Shown piece by piece: positions 44,101 to 51,252 of a stretch of 51,252 nt of DNA. The notes under the pieces were generated by a model. The model ran no database searches and had not been told where the DNA came from. It worked only from the letters and a program-made list of their open reading frames with translations. Source of the DNA: Patescibacteria group bacterium. GTDB lineage: Bacteria; Patescibacteriota; Doudnabacteria; UBA920; O2-02-FULL-48-8. The number at the start of each line of letters is the position of its first letter. The stretch's first letter is position 1. The DNA is taken from positions 1 through 51,252 of the forward strand of contig DASUKB010000003.1 in NCBI GenBank assembly GCA_036278915.1. Direction: 5' to 3'. Both the position numbers and the translations under genes were made by a program.

Positions 44101-45408
44101 ATGCAAGAATCTTTTCCTAAAATCATGCTGGTTGATATGAATTCGTTTTTTGCGTCCGTGGAACAGCAGGCTAATCCCAGATTTCGCAACCGTCCTTTGG
44201 GCGTTGTGGCGTCAATGCATCCCACCAGCTGCCTCATTGCCGCATCCAAGGAAGCCAAGCTTTTGGGAATTAAAACCGGCAGTTTGATTTATAAAGCCCA
44301 AAAAATTTGTCCGGAAATTGTTCTAGTGCAGGCCGAGCCGGAAAAGTACCGCGAGGTCAACCGGCGGCTCGTCGAAATTTTCTGTGATTATACAGACAAG
44401 GTGGACGTTTACAGCATTGATGAAGCGTTTTTGGATTTGAGTTATTCTGGCAGTAGTCCACTGGCAATTGGTACGGAGATCAAATCTCGGATCCGAGATG
44501 AAGTCGGGGAGTGGTTGACTTGTTCCGTGGGAATTGCGCCAAATAAATTTATGGCCAAGCTGGCCGCGGATTTGCAAAAGCCTGACGGCCTGTCCGTTGT
44601 TTGGCGATCCAACTTGCCTGAAATTTATAAACACAAGAATTTTACGGATCTGTGGGGAGTGGCGCGCGGGTGGAGTAGGCGCTTAAATAGCCTTGGTTTG
44701 CAAGGACCGTCGCAGGTGTTGTCGTATCCGGTTGGAAATTTGGTCGCCGCATTCGGCAAACCGGGATTTTACATTTGGCAGCGCATCCAGGGCCTGGAGA
44801 TAGACAAGATCTCCTCATCGAATAGGTTAACGTTAGACGGCAGCGCGGAGCGTATCGTAGAGCGTCTTACGGAGGACGGTTCCGAACCGTTTGGTCCTGC
44901 CGTAAACCCATACGCGCAGCCCGGACCGATACCGTCGGCCGATCGCCCCAAGTCTTTTGGCCACTCCTGGGTGCTCAACTTCCGGACAAAAGACAAATCG
45001 CGGCTGGCACCTGTAATTTTACGCCTGGCGGAAAAAGGAGCCCGCCGCATGCGGGCCAAGGGCTTTCAATCAAGATTAGTTTTTTTGAGCGCTACTGATG
45101 TAGTTGGAAATTTTTTCCGTATCTCCAAGAAACTTGACTACAGCATCAGTACCGGGCAGGAGTTGTACGAGCTGGCGCTCAAACTCTGGCGAAACTGGCA
45201 ATTCCGACACGATATTATGCACATTGCCGTGGGATTTGGCGGTTTACTTCGGCAATCCCAGCAGTTGGACTTGTTCGGCAGTAGAAATCCCGCGCTGACC
45301 CGTACCCTGGACGCCATCAATGATAAATATGGGGAATTTACAATCCGTTCTGGACTTTTGACTCGCACTGCTGACTTTGCGCCCGATGCTATCGCCTTCG
45401 GGCATTAA
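44101..45408 (+). CDS. dinB: DNA polymerase IV (Y-family, DinB)
   Basis: IMLVDMNSFFASVEQ, SIDEAFLDL catalytic motifs, and IAPNKFMAKLAADLQKPDG. Confidence 0.9.
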   Translation: MQESFPKIMLVDMNSFFASVEQQANPRFRNRPLGVVASMHPTSCLIAASKEAKLLGIKTGSLIYKAQKICPEIVLVQAEPEKYREVNRRLVEIFCDYTDKVDVYSIDEAFLDLSYSGSSPLAIGTEIKSRIRDEVGEWLTCSVGIAPNKFMAKLAADLQKPDGLSVVWRSNLPEIYKHKNFTDLWGVARGWSRRLNSLGLQGPSQVLSYPVGNLVAAFGKPGFYIWQRIQGLEIDKISSSNRLTLDGSAERIVERLTEDGSEPFGPAVNPYAQPGPIPSADRPKSFGHSWVLNFRTKDKSRLAPVILRLAEKGARRMRAKGFQSRLVFLSATDVVGNFFRISKKLDYSISTGQELYELALKLWRNWQFRHDIMHIAVGFGGLLRQSQQLDLFGSRNPALTRTLDAINDKYGEFTIRSGLLTRTADFAPDAIAFGH

Positions 45409-45721
45409 AATTGGTCAAGTTGTTTAAATTTTTATGGGGAAAAGGGCCTTCCTTTGTGATAAATATCCATTGTTAAATATAGTCTATTTCCGGATAATGT
45501 ATGTACCTCCTGGGTTTGCAAGAAAGAATAATATTTCCAGGACGGTCGTTATTTAAGCGCAACGCGCATAAGAAAGGGGTGAAGGAATTACAATTGAATA
45601 GTGCTTAGGTCTTCTTTATAAGGAGTATAGTGGGCTTGTAATAAAGACCGAAGAAGCTTTGAATCCGGGCACGTAATGTGTCGGGATATATACTCTGAAT
45701 TTTCAGATGGATGGAAAAAGC

Positions 45722-45761
45722 AAAACCTCCGTCCGCCAGCTGGCGGATAAGCGGAGGTTTT
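45722..45761. terminator. two-tier GC hairpin with flanking A/T runs (orphan terminator)
   Basis: AAAACCTCCG/CGGAGGTTTT outer stem enclosing the palindrome CCGCCAGCTGGCGG (45733-45746). Confidence 0.5.
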
Positions 45762-45941
45762 GATTTAGTCCACAGATAGTAGTGAGCCTTAACAAAAATA
45801 GAGCTTCGGATTTTGTTTTTGATGTAGGAATTGCTCGTGGCGCAAATTTATAGTTCTACTAGAATACTCTCAGATGGTAGTTGACTCAACCCGGTTGCGA
45901 TCATATCAATACTAGGTTGAGCCATTACCGTATTTTTTTGG

Positions 45942-45978
45942 AAAAAAATAAGGCTGCAGTGCTTAGCGCTACAGCCTT
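45942..45978 (-). terminator. rho-independent terminator of the lipoprotein gene
   Basis: AAGGCTGTAG/CTGCAGCCTT (one mismatch) followed on the minus strand by ATTTTTTT. Confidence 0.6.
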
Positions 45979-45994
45979 GATGCTACTTCGTTGT

Positions 45995-46495
45995 TCAGCA
46001 CGAGTAGGGAGAGGAGCAGGGGAGTCCGTAGTAGAAGTCAATTCGGTCTCCGGCATTCACTTGCACGTTTTCAATTGAATTATAGAAAAGGTGCTGATTG
46101 CCGATTCCCACCACCCATCCCACATTTGTTTTCTCACCGAGGACGTTGATCATTTCCGGTCCCGTGTCCCCATTGACTGTCACCACGGCATACCCCTTCA
46201 ATACGGCTCCGGTCACACGGTCATTCTCATACTTGTGTGTGCCAATGACGATGTTCCTCAATTGAGGGAGTACATCGAAGTACAAGTTTCCGTTTATCGG
46301 GGAAGTTACCGAGTAATTCAATTGACCGACTTTGTTTGGATCGATCGTGACGCTTGAGGTGTTTGAACCCGGTATGGAAGTGGGTAAGTTGGTCGGTTGG
46401 ATCGGAGACGAATTTGATCCACAACCGGTCAACTCTAAGATTGATCCGCCGAAAATTGCAATTGCCGTTGCTTGTAACATTTCTCTGCGATTCAT
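45995..46495 (-). CDS. hypothetical Tat-signal lipoprotein
   Basis: AAGGAGG SD. MNRREMLQATAIAIFGGSILELTGC has a twin-Arg motif plus a lipobox Cys. Confidence 0.7.
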   Translation of the reverse strand: MNRREMLQATAIAIFGGSILELTGCGSNSSPIQPTNLPTSIPGSNTSSVTIDPNKVGQLNYSVTSPINGNLYFDVLPQLRNIVIGTHKYENDRVTGAVLKGYAVVTVNGDTGPEMINVLGEKTNVGWVVGIGNQHLFYNSIENVQVNAGDRIDFYYGLPCSSPYSC

Positions 46496-46507
46496 CGGAT
46501 CCTCCTT

Positions 46508-46548
46508 GGATCAGAAAAAAACCTTCTCCCGGACAGGAGAAGGTTTTA
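46508..46548 (-). terminator. rho-independent terminator (minus strand)
   Basis: AAAACCTTCTCC/GGAGAAGGTTTT 12-bp stem. The minus strand has TTTTTTT afterwards. Confidence 0.7.
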
Positions 46549-46782
46549 AGTTTGTAATTAGTAATTAGAAATTAGTAATTAGAAATTTTAAAATCCCACT
46601 CCTGCTCGGGAGTAAAGACTTGATTTTAGAAAGGTTCAGGTGCTCCGACTTATGATTTCTCAGCATATTGAGAAGTCAATTACGGTTGCGGCACAGCGGA
46701 GGAATTAAAAGTCCATATTGGATTTCGCACCTCGCTTCCCCTGAAGCAATCTTGATTTCTAAGGAACTAAGTACAAGTATCT
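46516..46782 (-). ncRNA. candidate ~260-nt non-coding transcript (promoter-to-terminator unit without ORF)
   Basis: Minus-strand TTGACA (complement of 46812-46817), 17-nt spacer, TAAGAT (complement of 46789-46794), and a strong terminator at 46508-46548. The longest enclosed minus ORF is 33 codons. Long-range complementarity exists (TTAGAAA..TTCAGG near the 5' end with CCTGAA..TTTCTAA near the 3' end). Confidence 0.35.
46555..46588 (+). repeat. TAATTAGAAATT motif tandem, copy C
   Basis: TAATTAG (46555-46561), TAATTAGAAATT (46562-46573), AG, TAATTAGAAATT (46576-46587). Confidence 0.7.
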
Positions 46783-46855
46783 TACTTAAGCTAATTCTTT
46801 TTGTCAAATAAAATTGACCGGTACGTTTCGTCGGGAAAACAAAATAAAAACCAGG

Positions 46856-46883
46856 CGAGAGAACCTGGTTTTTATTTTTGGTG
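46856..46883. terminator. bidirectional hairpin terminator
   Basis: AAAAACCAGG/CCTGGTTTTT 10-bp stem. Confidence 0.6.
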
Positions 46884-47045
46884 AAGCGAGTGCTTGCAGA
46901 CAATTGCGATTTTGGCAATTCCGCGTAACGCTTGCTTCTAATATTCCCCGTCCAGAACAAATCTTCGGTGGTTAAGCCTAACGATTGTGTCCCAGGCCGG
47001 AAATAGACAATTGTTAAATTACGTTCATCTGGATGGTGACGTTTT

Positions 47046-47085
47046 TCAAAAAAATAAACCGCCTCGCATATGATAGAGGCCGTTT
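47046..47085. terminator. hairpin terminator (orphan)
   Basis: AAACCGCCTC/GAGGCCGTTT (one mismatch) with an A-run and a T-run flanking. Confidence 0.4.
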
Positions 47086-47312
47086 CCATTTTTGATTAAC
47101 GTATTCTGATTTTCATCTTTGCGTTTTTGTTTCGGGGTAGTTTGTACTACATATACATTATAGCAAATTTTTGGGTACTTGGCAAGATAGCTTTTCCTGA
47201 ACGAAAAATGGGTTGTAGCAACCCTAACTATACACTTTTCAAACTTTGATCACACTCGCATCTGTATTACTTTAACTTTAAGGAATACGAGATGAATTTT
47301 TAAGCTTTTAGA

Positions 47313-47341
47313 TTGACAAGCTGCCAAAAATCAGGTATAAT
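47313..47341 (+). promoter_or_regulatory. consensus sigma70 promoter of the giant surface-protein gene
   Basis: TTGACA (47313-47318), 17-nt spacer, TATAAT (47336-47341), a perfect consensus. Confidence 0.65.
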
Positions 47342-47351
47342 ACAAGCGAGA

Positions 47352-47363
47352 TCGGATATCCGA
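47352..47363. promoter_or_regulatory. 12-bp perfect palindrome at about +5 to +16 (operator candidate)
   Basis: TCGGATATCCGA, embedded in the direct repeat CGAGATCG..CGAGATCG. Confidence 0.35.
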
Positions 47364-47427
47364 GATCGCAATTTGGCTCAAAAATTAAGCCAAATTTGAA
47401 ACCAAAATAAAAACAAAGAGATAAAAA

Positions 47428-50400
47428 GTGGAAAGCGAAAACCCCGAAAAAATCGGAGGTTTAGAGCCTGTGCAACATTTTGAACAGCCAGAGAAGCCTC
47501 AGGAGTCTAAACCACAAGAATCTGAATCTGTCCTGCCTAAAGCACCAGGATACCAAACAGATAAAGAACCATCCCAAACTGATGCAGATTTGTCGCATCC
47601 GGAAAACATAGAACCAGAACAACCAAATCCCGAAGTACAATCTCAAATCAATACGACAGACATAACCTCTCCTTACCACCGGGTTGAAGCACCCGGGAGT
47701 GAGGGAGGTTTTTTGTCCTTGGCTCAAGCGGCAGAACTGACGGGATATCACCAGGATTATTTGGGACAATTGGCTCGTGCTGGAAAATTGCCAGCACAAA
47801 AAATCGGACGCAATTGGGTGACCACAATTGAGGCGGTATATAAACTCAAAGAGGGACAGGATCCGTCTATCGGGTCAAATATGGTTTCGGATGCAGTAGA
47901 AGAAATCACAGAGGCACCCGCGCCCGCAAAACCGGAAATTACTCCCGAGGCACTAGATCAAATCAAGGTGCAACTTGACGCGGTGCAAAGTAAAATGAAA
48001 GCCCATGATGAAAAAATTGATGAGCAAAAGATTAAAATTGAAAAACAACGCGAAAAGATTCTGGAACACGAAGAAAAGTTTGCACCAAAAGAAATACCAC
48101 AAAACGATCACGCACGCGTTCAATCGCTGAATTTGCGTATCGCGCACCATAGACCCAAGGACTTCATCCAGCATGAAGTTTTCGATCCGGCTTCAGCACT
48201 CCCTGCGGGATTCAGTCGCCACTCGATACACACACCCAAACTCGCGATTGCGTTTCTGCTTTTGTGCGGAAGTTTTGCATTAGCGTCCGGCGCGTTGTAT
48301 TTGGAGCATGATACCGCTCTTCCCGACAGCAAAAATTTGGTAATCAATTATCTGCCGCGAAATTTTGCAAACGAGGGACGAATAGCGGCGGCTACGCAAA
48401 CACAATCGCAACCCTCGATGATTACTCAAATAATTTATAAAATTATAAACCTCGGCAATGGCAGCAAGGGTGATAAAGGCGATAAGGGCGACATAGGTCC
48501 GGTAGGACCTATCGGTCCGGCAGGGCCGGTGGGACCGGCGGGTGCGCCTGGAACCTCGGTCAGTTATGTGCTTCCAACTTCTCCCGGATCCACGCCGGGA
48601 AGCATTGCAGGGTTTACGTATTTATCGTCAAAAGATTTTATAACAGATACGGCGAAAGTTACCACCCTGACTTTTGCAGACGGAACCAGCATGTCTACGG
48701 CTGCGATATCTGCTTCAAACTTTGACACGGACATTACGCTCAACGGACAATCCGATTTGCGATTTGCAGATGCGGACTCTTCAAATTGGGTGGCATTCCA
48801 GGCACCAAGCGTAGTAGGCGCAAACGTCACTTGGACTCTACCGGCCGCTGATTCTGCGGGCTGTCTGCAGTCGGATGGCGCGGGCAATTTGTCGTTTGGT
48901 TCCTGCGGCGGCGGATCCGGCGCGCTTTCTGGTTTGTCTGCAGCTGTTGCTACTAACACTTTGAATAATGGCAATAACTCTCAGATTTGGAACTGGAATT
49001 TAAATACAGATAAGGCGGCATTCATTTTTGGAGAAAATGCGGCTTCCACTGGCGGTACAGGCAGCCAATATATTTTGCAGGCGGCAAGCTTGGCTGGTTC
49101 AACGGCTACTCCATTGGATGTTAAAAATTTCGGGGATGCCAATTCATTTGAAGTTGACGATGAAGCAGCGGACCCAACCCCGTTTATAATTGATGCCTCA
49201 GGCAATGTCACTGCCGGCGGAACTTTCAACGGCGCAACCATTTCTGGCGGAACGTTGTCGGGCGGTGCTGTTTCGGGAGGCACACTTACTGCCGCGGCAG
49301 TCAATGGAGTTACCACCTCAGATATCATTCAATCTACCGGTTCATATGCTGACCCGTCATGGGTCACTTCATTGTCGGGTGCAAAAATCACCGGCAATAT
49401 TTCCGGCAATGCGGCCAATGTCACTGGGACTATAGTGGTAGGAAATGGCGGCACGGGTACGAATTCATTTACGGTCAATGGCGTGTTGTACGGCAATGGA
49501 TCAAATGCCGTGCAGTCCACCGCCGCGGGCACGGATGGCCAATTGCTTTTGGGGGCAACATCCGCAGCACCGCATTTTGTGGCGCTATCTGGAGACGCGG
49601 CACTCTCCAACACAGGCGTGCTCACGATCGGCGTGGGCAAGGTAACATCTTCCAACATTCTGGATGGCACAGTTGCAAACAATGATCTTACCAACTCTTC
49701 CATCACAGTTAACACTTCTTCTCCTCTGGGAGGCGGGGGAGCAGTATCTCTGGGTGGTGCTCTGACATTGACCTGTACCACTTGTCTTACCATAGAATCA
49801 GATACTCTCTCTTCAGTCACAGCAAGAGGGAATACCACCTCCTCAGGCATCTCTCTGACTGAGAATGGCAATACATCCACATCCTATGGCTTGTATCTGA
49901 AGAGAAACACAGACACCTCACCTGCAGGCTTCCTCATACAGGCCCAGAACAATGCAGCCAATACCAACCTCTTTACAGTAGATACAGCAGGGAACATTAC
50001 ATCCGGCACAGTCAATGGTTCAACCCTAACCGGCGGTTCTCTCTCTTCAACCCAGGTCAATGGAGTCACCACATCAGATATTGTCCTATCCACCGGATCC
50101 TATGCTGATCCTTCATGGATTACATCCCTGGCAGGTTCCAAGATCTCAGGAGATATCTCAGGCAATGCTGCCAATGTCACAGGAACTGTAGCAGTCGGGA
50201 ACGGGGGAACAGGAGTTGGAACATTTGGCGGTAATAATACTCTGCTCTACACTACCGCTGCTGATACGTTAGCCTCTTTGGTCACTGGCAACAACGGTGT
50301 CTTGGTGACCAATGGCAGCGGGGTGCCGTCAATTGCAGCAACCTTACCGAATGCTGTGGAAGACAACATCACAAGATTTGGAGTCATCGCTTCGGGCTCA

Positions 50401-51252
50401 TTTGCCAATGCCGCATTGAAAGTAGCAGATACAGATGCTTCCAACACCCTGGCTATTGTCCCTGGTTCTGACCTGACGCTCGACAGGACTTTAACTGTCA
50501 TCACTGGTGATGCTTCCCGGACGATTACATTGAATGGCAATCCGACTTTGAATGATTGGTTTGACCAATCTGTCAAAAGTTCTGATTCGCCGACTTTTAC
50601 GGATGCAACGTTAAGCAGTTTGGCAGGCGGCGGCACACAGTGTCTGGAAGTTGACAATACTGGAACCGTCCACGTGACGGGATCAACCTGCGGAACAGGC
50701 GGAGGCGGCATAAGCTCGCTGACTTTGGCCGGAAGCTCAGGAACGCCTCAAACGTTAACAGACGGCGATACAATTACGATTGCGGCAGGCGCGGGCGTCA
50801 CAGCCATCGCGGGCGCCACCGACACGGTAACCATCGCTTCCACTTTGGGCACATCGGTGGATTTGACTTCCGAGGTCACGGGGGCACTGCCTTTGGCTAA
50901 CGGCGGCACGGGCGCCAATCTCTCGGATCCTGGAGCAGACACTTTGTTTGGCTTCGACAACACAGACAGTTCTACTGTCTTTTTCACCATTGGTTCCAAC
51001 CTTTCTTATGACCACGCCACTCATACATTGTCTGCCACAGGGGGCGGGGGAATGACTTCCTTTAGTGTGGCGGGATCATCCGGGACCCCTCAGACTATTA
51101 CTGACACAAATACACTCACCATTGGCGCAGGCACAGGCATTACCACAACAGCTGGAGCCACTGACACTGTCACAGTAGCTATTGATTCCACTGTAGCTAC
51201 TCTGACCGGGTCCCAAACATTGACCAACAAGACTCTCTCGGGTTCATCCAAC
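47428..51252 (+). CDS. giant membrane-anchored surface protein, 3'-partial: N-terminal HTH_17-like domain, TM, collagen-like GXY run, tail-fibre-like repeats
   Basis: I translated this frame by hand. It is open from GTG 47428 (alternative GTG 47470 with GGAGG 10 nt upstream) to the last base, 1275 codons. FLSLAQAAELTGYHQDYLGQLARAGKLPAQKIGRNWVTTIEAV; TM LAIAFLLLCGSFALASGALYL; GSKGDKGDKGDIGPVGPIGPAGPVGPAGAPG; repeated NGGTG and SGTPQT(L/I)TD modules. It is absent from the ORF track because it has no ATG start or stop within the window. Confidence 0.85.
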   Translation, partial: MESENPEKIGGLEPVQHFEQPEKPQESKPQESESVLPKAPGYQTDKEPSQTDADLSHPENIEPEQPNPEVQSQINTTDITSPYHRVEAPGSEGGFLSLAQAAELTGYHQDYLGQLARAGKLPAQKIGRNWVTTIEAVYKLKEGQDPSIGSNMVSDAVEEITEAPAPAKPEITPEALDQIKVQLDAVQSKMKAHDEKIDEQKIKIEKQREKILEHEEKFAPKEIPQNDHARVQSLNLRIAHHRPKDFIQHEVFDPASALPAGFSRHSIHTPKLAIAFLLLCGSFALASGALYLEHDTALPDSKNLVINYLPRNFANEGRIAAATQTQSQPSMITQIIYKIINLGNGSKGDKGDKGDIGPVGPIGPAGPVGPAGAPGTSVSYVLPTSPGSTPGSIAGFTYLSSKDFITDTAKVTTLTFADGTSMSTAAISASNFDTDITLNGQSDLRFADADSSNWVAFQAPSVVGANVTWTLPAADSAGCLQSDGAGNLSFGSCGGGSGALSGLSAAVATNTLNNGNNSQIWNWNLNTDKAAFIFGENAASTGGTGSQYILQAASLAGSTATPLDVKNFGDANSFEVDDEAADPTPFIIDASGNVTAGGTFNGATISGGTLSGGAVSGGTLTAAAVNGVTTSDIIQSTGSYADPSWVTSLSGAKITGNISGNAANVTGTIVVGNGGTGTNSFTVNGVLYGNGSNAVQSTAAGTDGQLLLGATSAAPHFVALSGDAALSNTGVLTIGVGKVTSSNILDGTVANNDLTNSSITVNTSSPLGGGGAVSLGGALTLTCTTCLTIESDTLSSVTARGNTTSSGISLTENGNTSTSYGLYLKRNTDTSPAGFLIQAQNNAANTNLFTVDTAGNITSGTVNGSTLTGGSLSSTQVNGVTTSDIVLSTGSYADPSWITSLAGSKISGDISGNAANVTGTVAVGNGGTGVGTFGGNNTLLYTTAADTLASLVTGNNGVLVTNGSGVPSIAATLPNAVEDNITRFGVIASGSFANAALKVADTDASNTLAIVPGSDLTLDRTLTVITGDASRTITLNGNPTLNDWFDQSVKSSDSPTFTDATLSSLAGGGTQCLEVDNTGTVHVTGSTCGTGGGGISSLTLAGSSGTPQTLTDGDTITIAAGAGVTAIAGATDTVTIASTLGTSVDLTSEVTGALPLANGGTGANLSDPGADTLFGFDNTDSSTVFFTIGSNLSYDHATHTLSATGGGGMTSFSVAGSSGTPQTITDTNTLTIGAGTGITTTAGATDTVTVAIDSTVATLTGSQTLTNKTLSGSSN

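Noticed and set aside
45409-45720. Small ORFs downstream of dinB (for example a 40-aa MGKRAFLCDKYPLL.. and an 18-aa MDGKSKTS..)
   Set aside because: They have no SD, implausible sequences, and one overlaps the terminator hairpin. They are treated as non-coding.
46698-46714. GGAGGAATTAAAAGTCC resembling the RNase P RNA P4 motif GAGGAAAGUCC, and CAGGCCGGAAA at 46993-47003 resembling SRP RNA helix 8
   Set aside because: The flanking sequences lack the rest of the conserved cores (no GUCCGGGC, no ACAGAA..GGCUUA in the right order, no GGAAGCAGC). These are isolated look-alikes only.
46676-47089. 137-aa minus-strand ORF
   Set aside because: It spans two terminator-grade hairpins (46856-46883, 47046-47085), has no SD and has an implausible composition.
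47461-51024. Many minus-strand ORFs (47461-47799, 48564-48974, 48981-49328, 49329-49880, 50247-50711, 50748-51024 and others) and short plus ORFs 49190-49685
   Set aside because: They are shadows of the single uninterrupted plus-strand frame 47428-51252, whose product has recognisable domains (HTH, TM, collagen GXY, repeats). The minus products are low-complexity Pro/Val/Ala strings.

Overview
The window looks like a small-genome, CPR/Patescibacteria-like bacterium. This is an inference from gene content: a type IV pilus cluster with no secretin, giant surface proteins, a free-standing 23S-IVS-type four-helix-bundle gene, and extended -10 TGnTATAAT promoters, several of which abut start codons. 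The layout from left to right is as follows. (1) 1-10.5 kb holds a CheY-like response regulator and methyltransferases. It also holds a tightly coupled AT-rich operon (amino-acid dehydrogenase, nitroreductase, F390-synthetase-like ligase, Rv1355c/ThiF-like E1) that runs straight into a sensor histidine kinase. A divergent Gly/Ser-rich micro-ORF sits upstream of that operon. (2) 10.6-19.1 kb holds a type IV pilus operon: pilB, pilC, pilM, pilN, pilO, three prepilin-type minor pilins and a 596-aa PilX-like protein. (3) 19.1-25.9 kb is a roughly 6.7-kb AT-rich island integrated at the 3' end of tRNA-Asn(GUU). It carries a large serine recombinase, a membrane-anchored Mrr-type nuclease, an overlapping 540-aa PD-(D/E)XK-like plus 168-aa gene pair of unknown function, a 160-bp array of 10-bp-phased TTCC/GGAA word doublets, and GC-rich stem-loop clusters. 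This island is the best candidate for an undescribed defence or mobile system. (4) 26-36.6 kb is an accessory block. It contains DUF1801, three tandem RibD_C/DHFR-like paralogues, DUF2914, a YozG-type HTH with two DUF2975 genes, an ABC-2 exporter, an ArsR plus SRPBCC pair, dienelactone hydrolase and a YHYH protein. (5) 36.8-45.4 kb holds a 9-repeat Ig-like surface protein, an RNHCP protein, tRNA-Arg(UCG) abutting a pilin gene, an FAD-linked oxidase and dinB. (6) 45.4-47.4 kb is a roughly 2-kb gene-poor stretch full of terminator hairpins, with an orphan promoter-terminator unit. (7) From 47428 to the window end there is a >1274-aa ORF that the supplied ORF track does not list. It combines an N-terminal HTH_17-like domain, a TM helix, a collagen-like GXY run and tail-fibre-like repeats. 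All functional calls come from motif recognition by eye, and no database search was possible.
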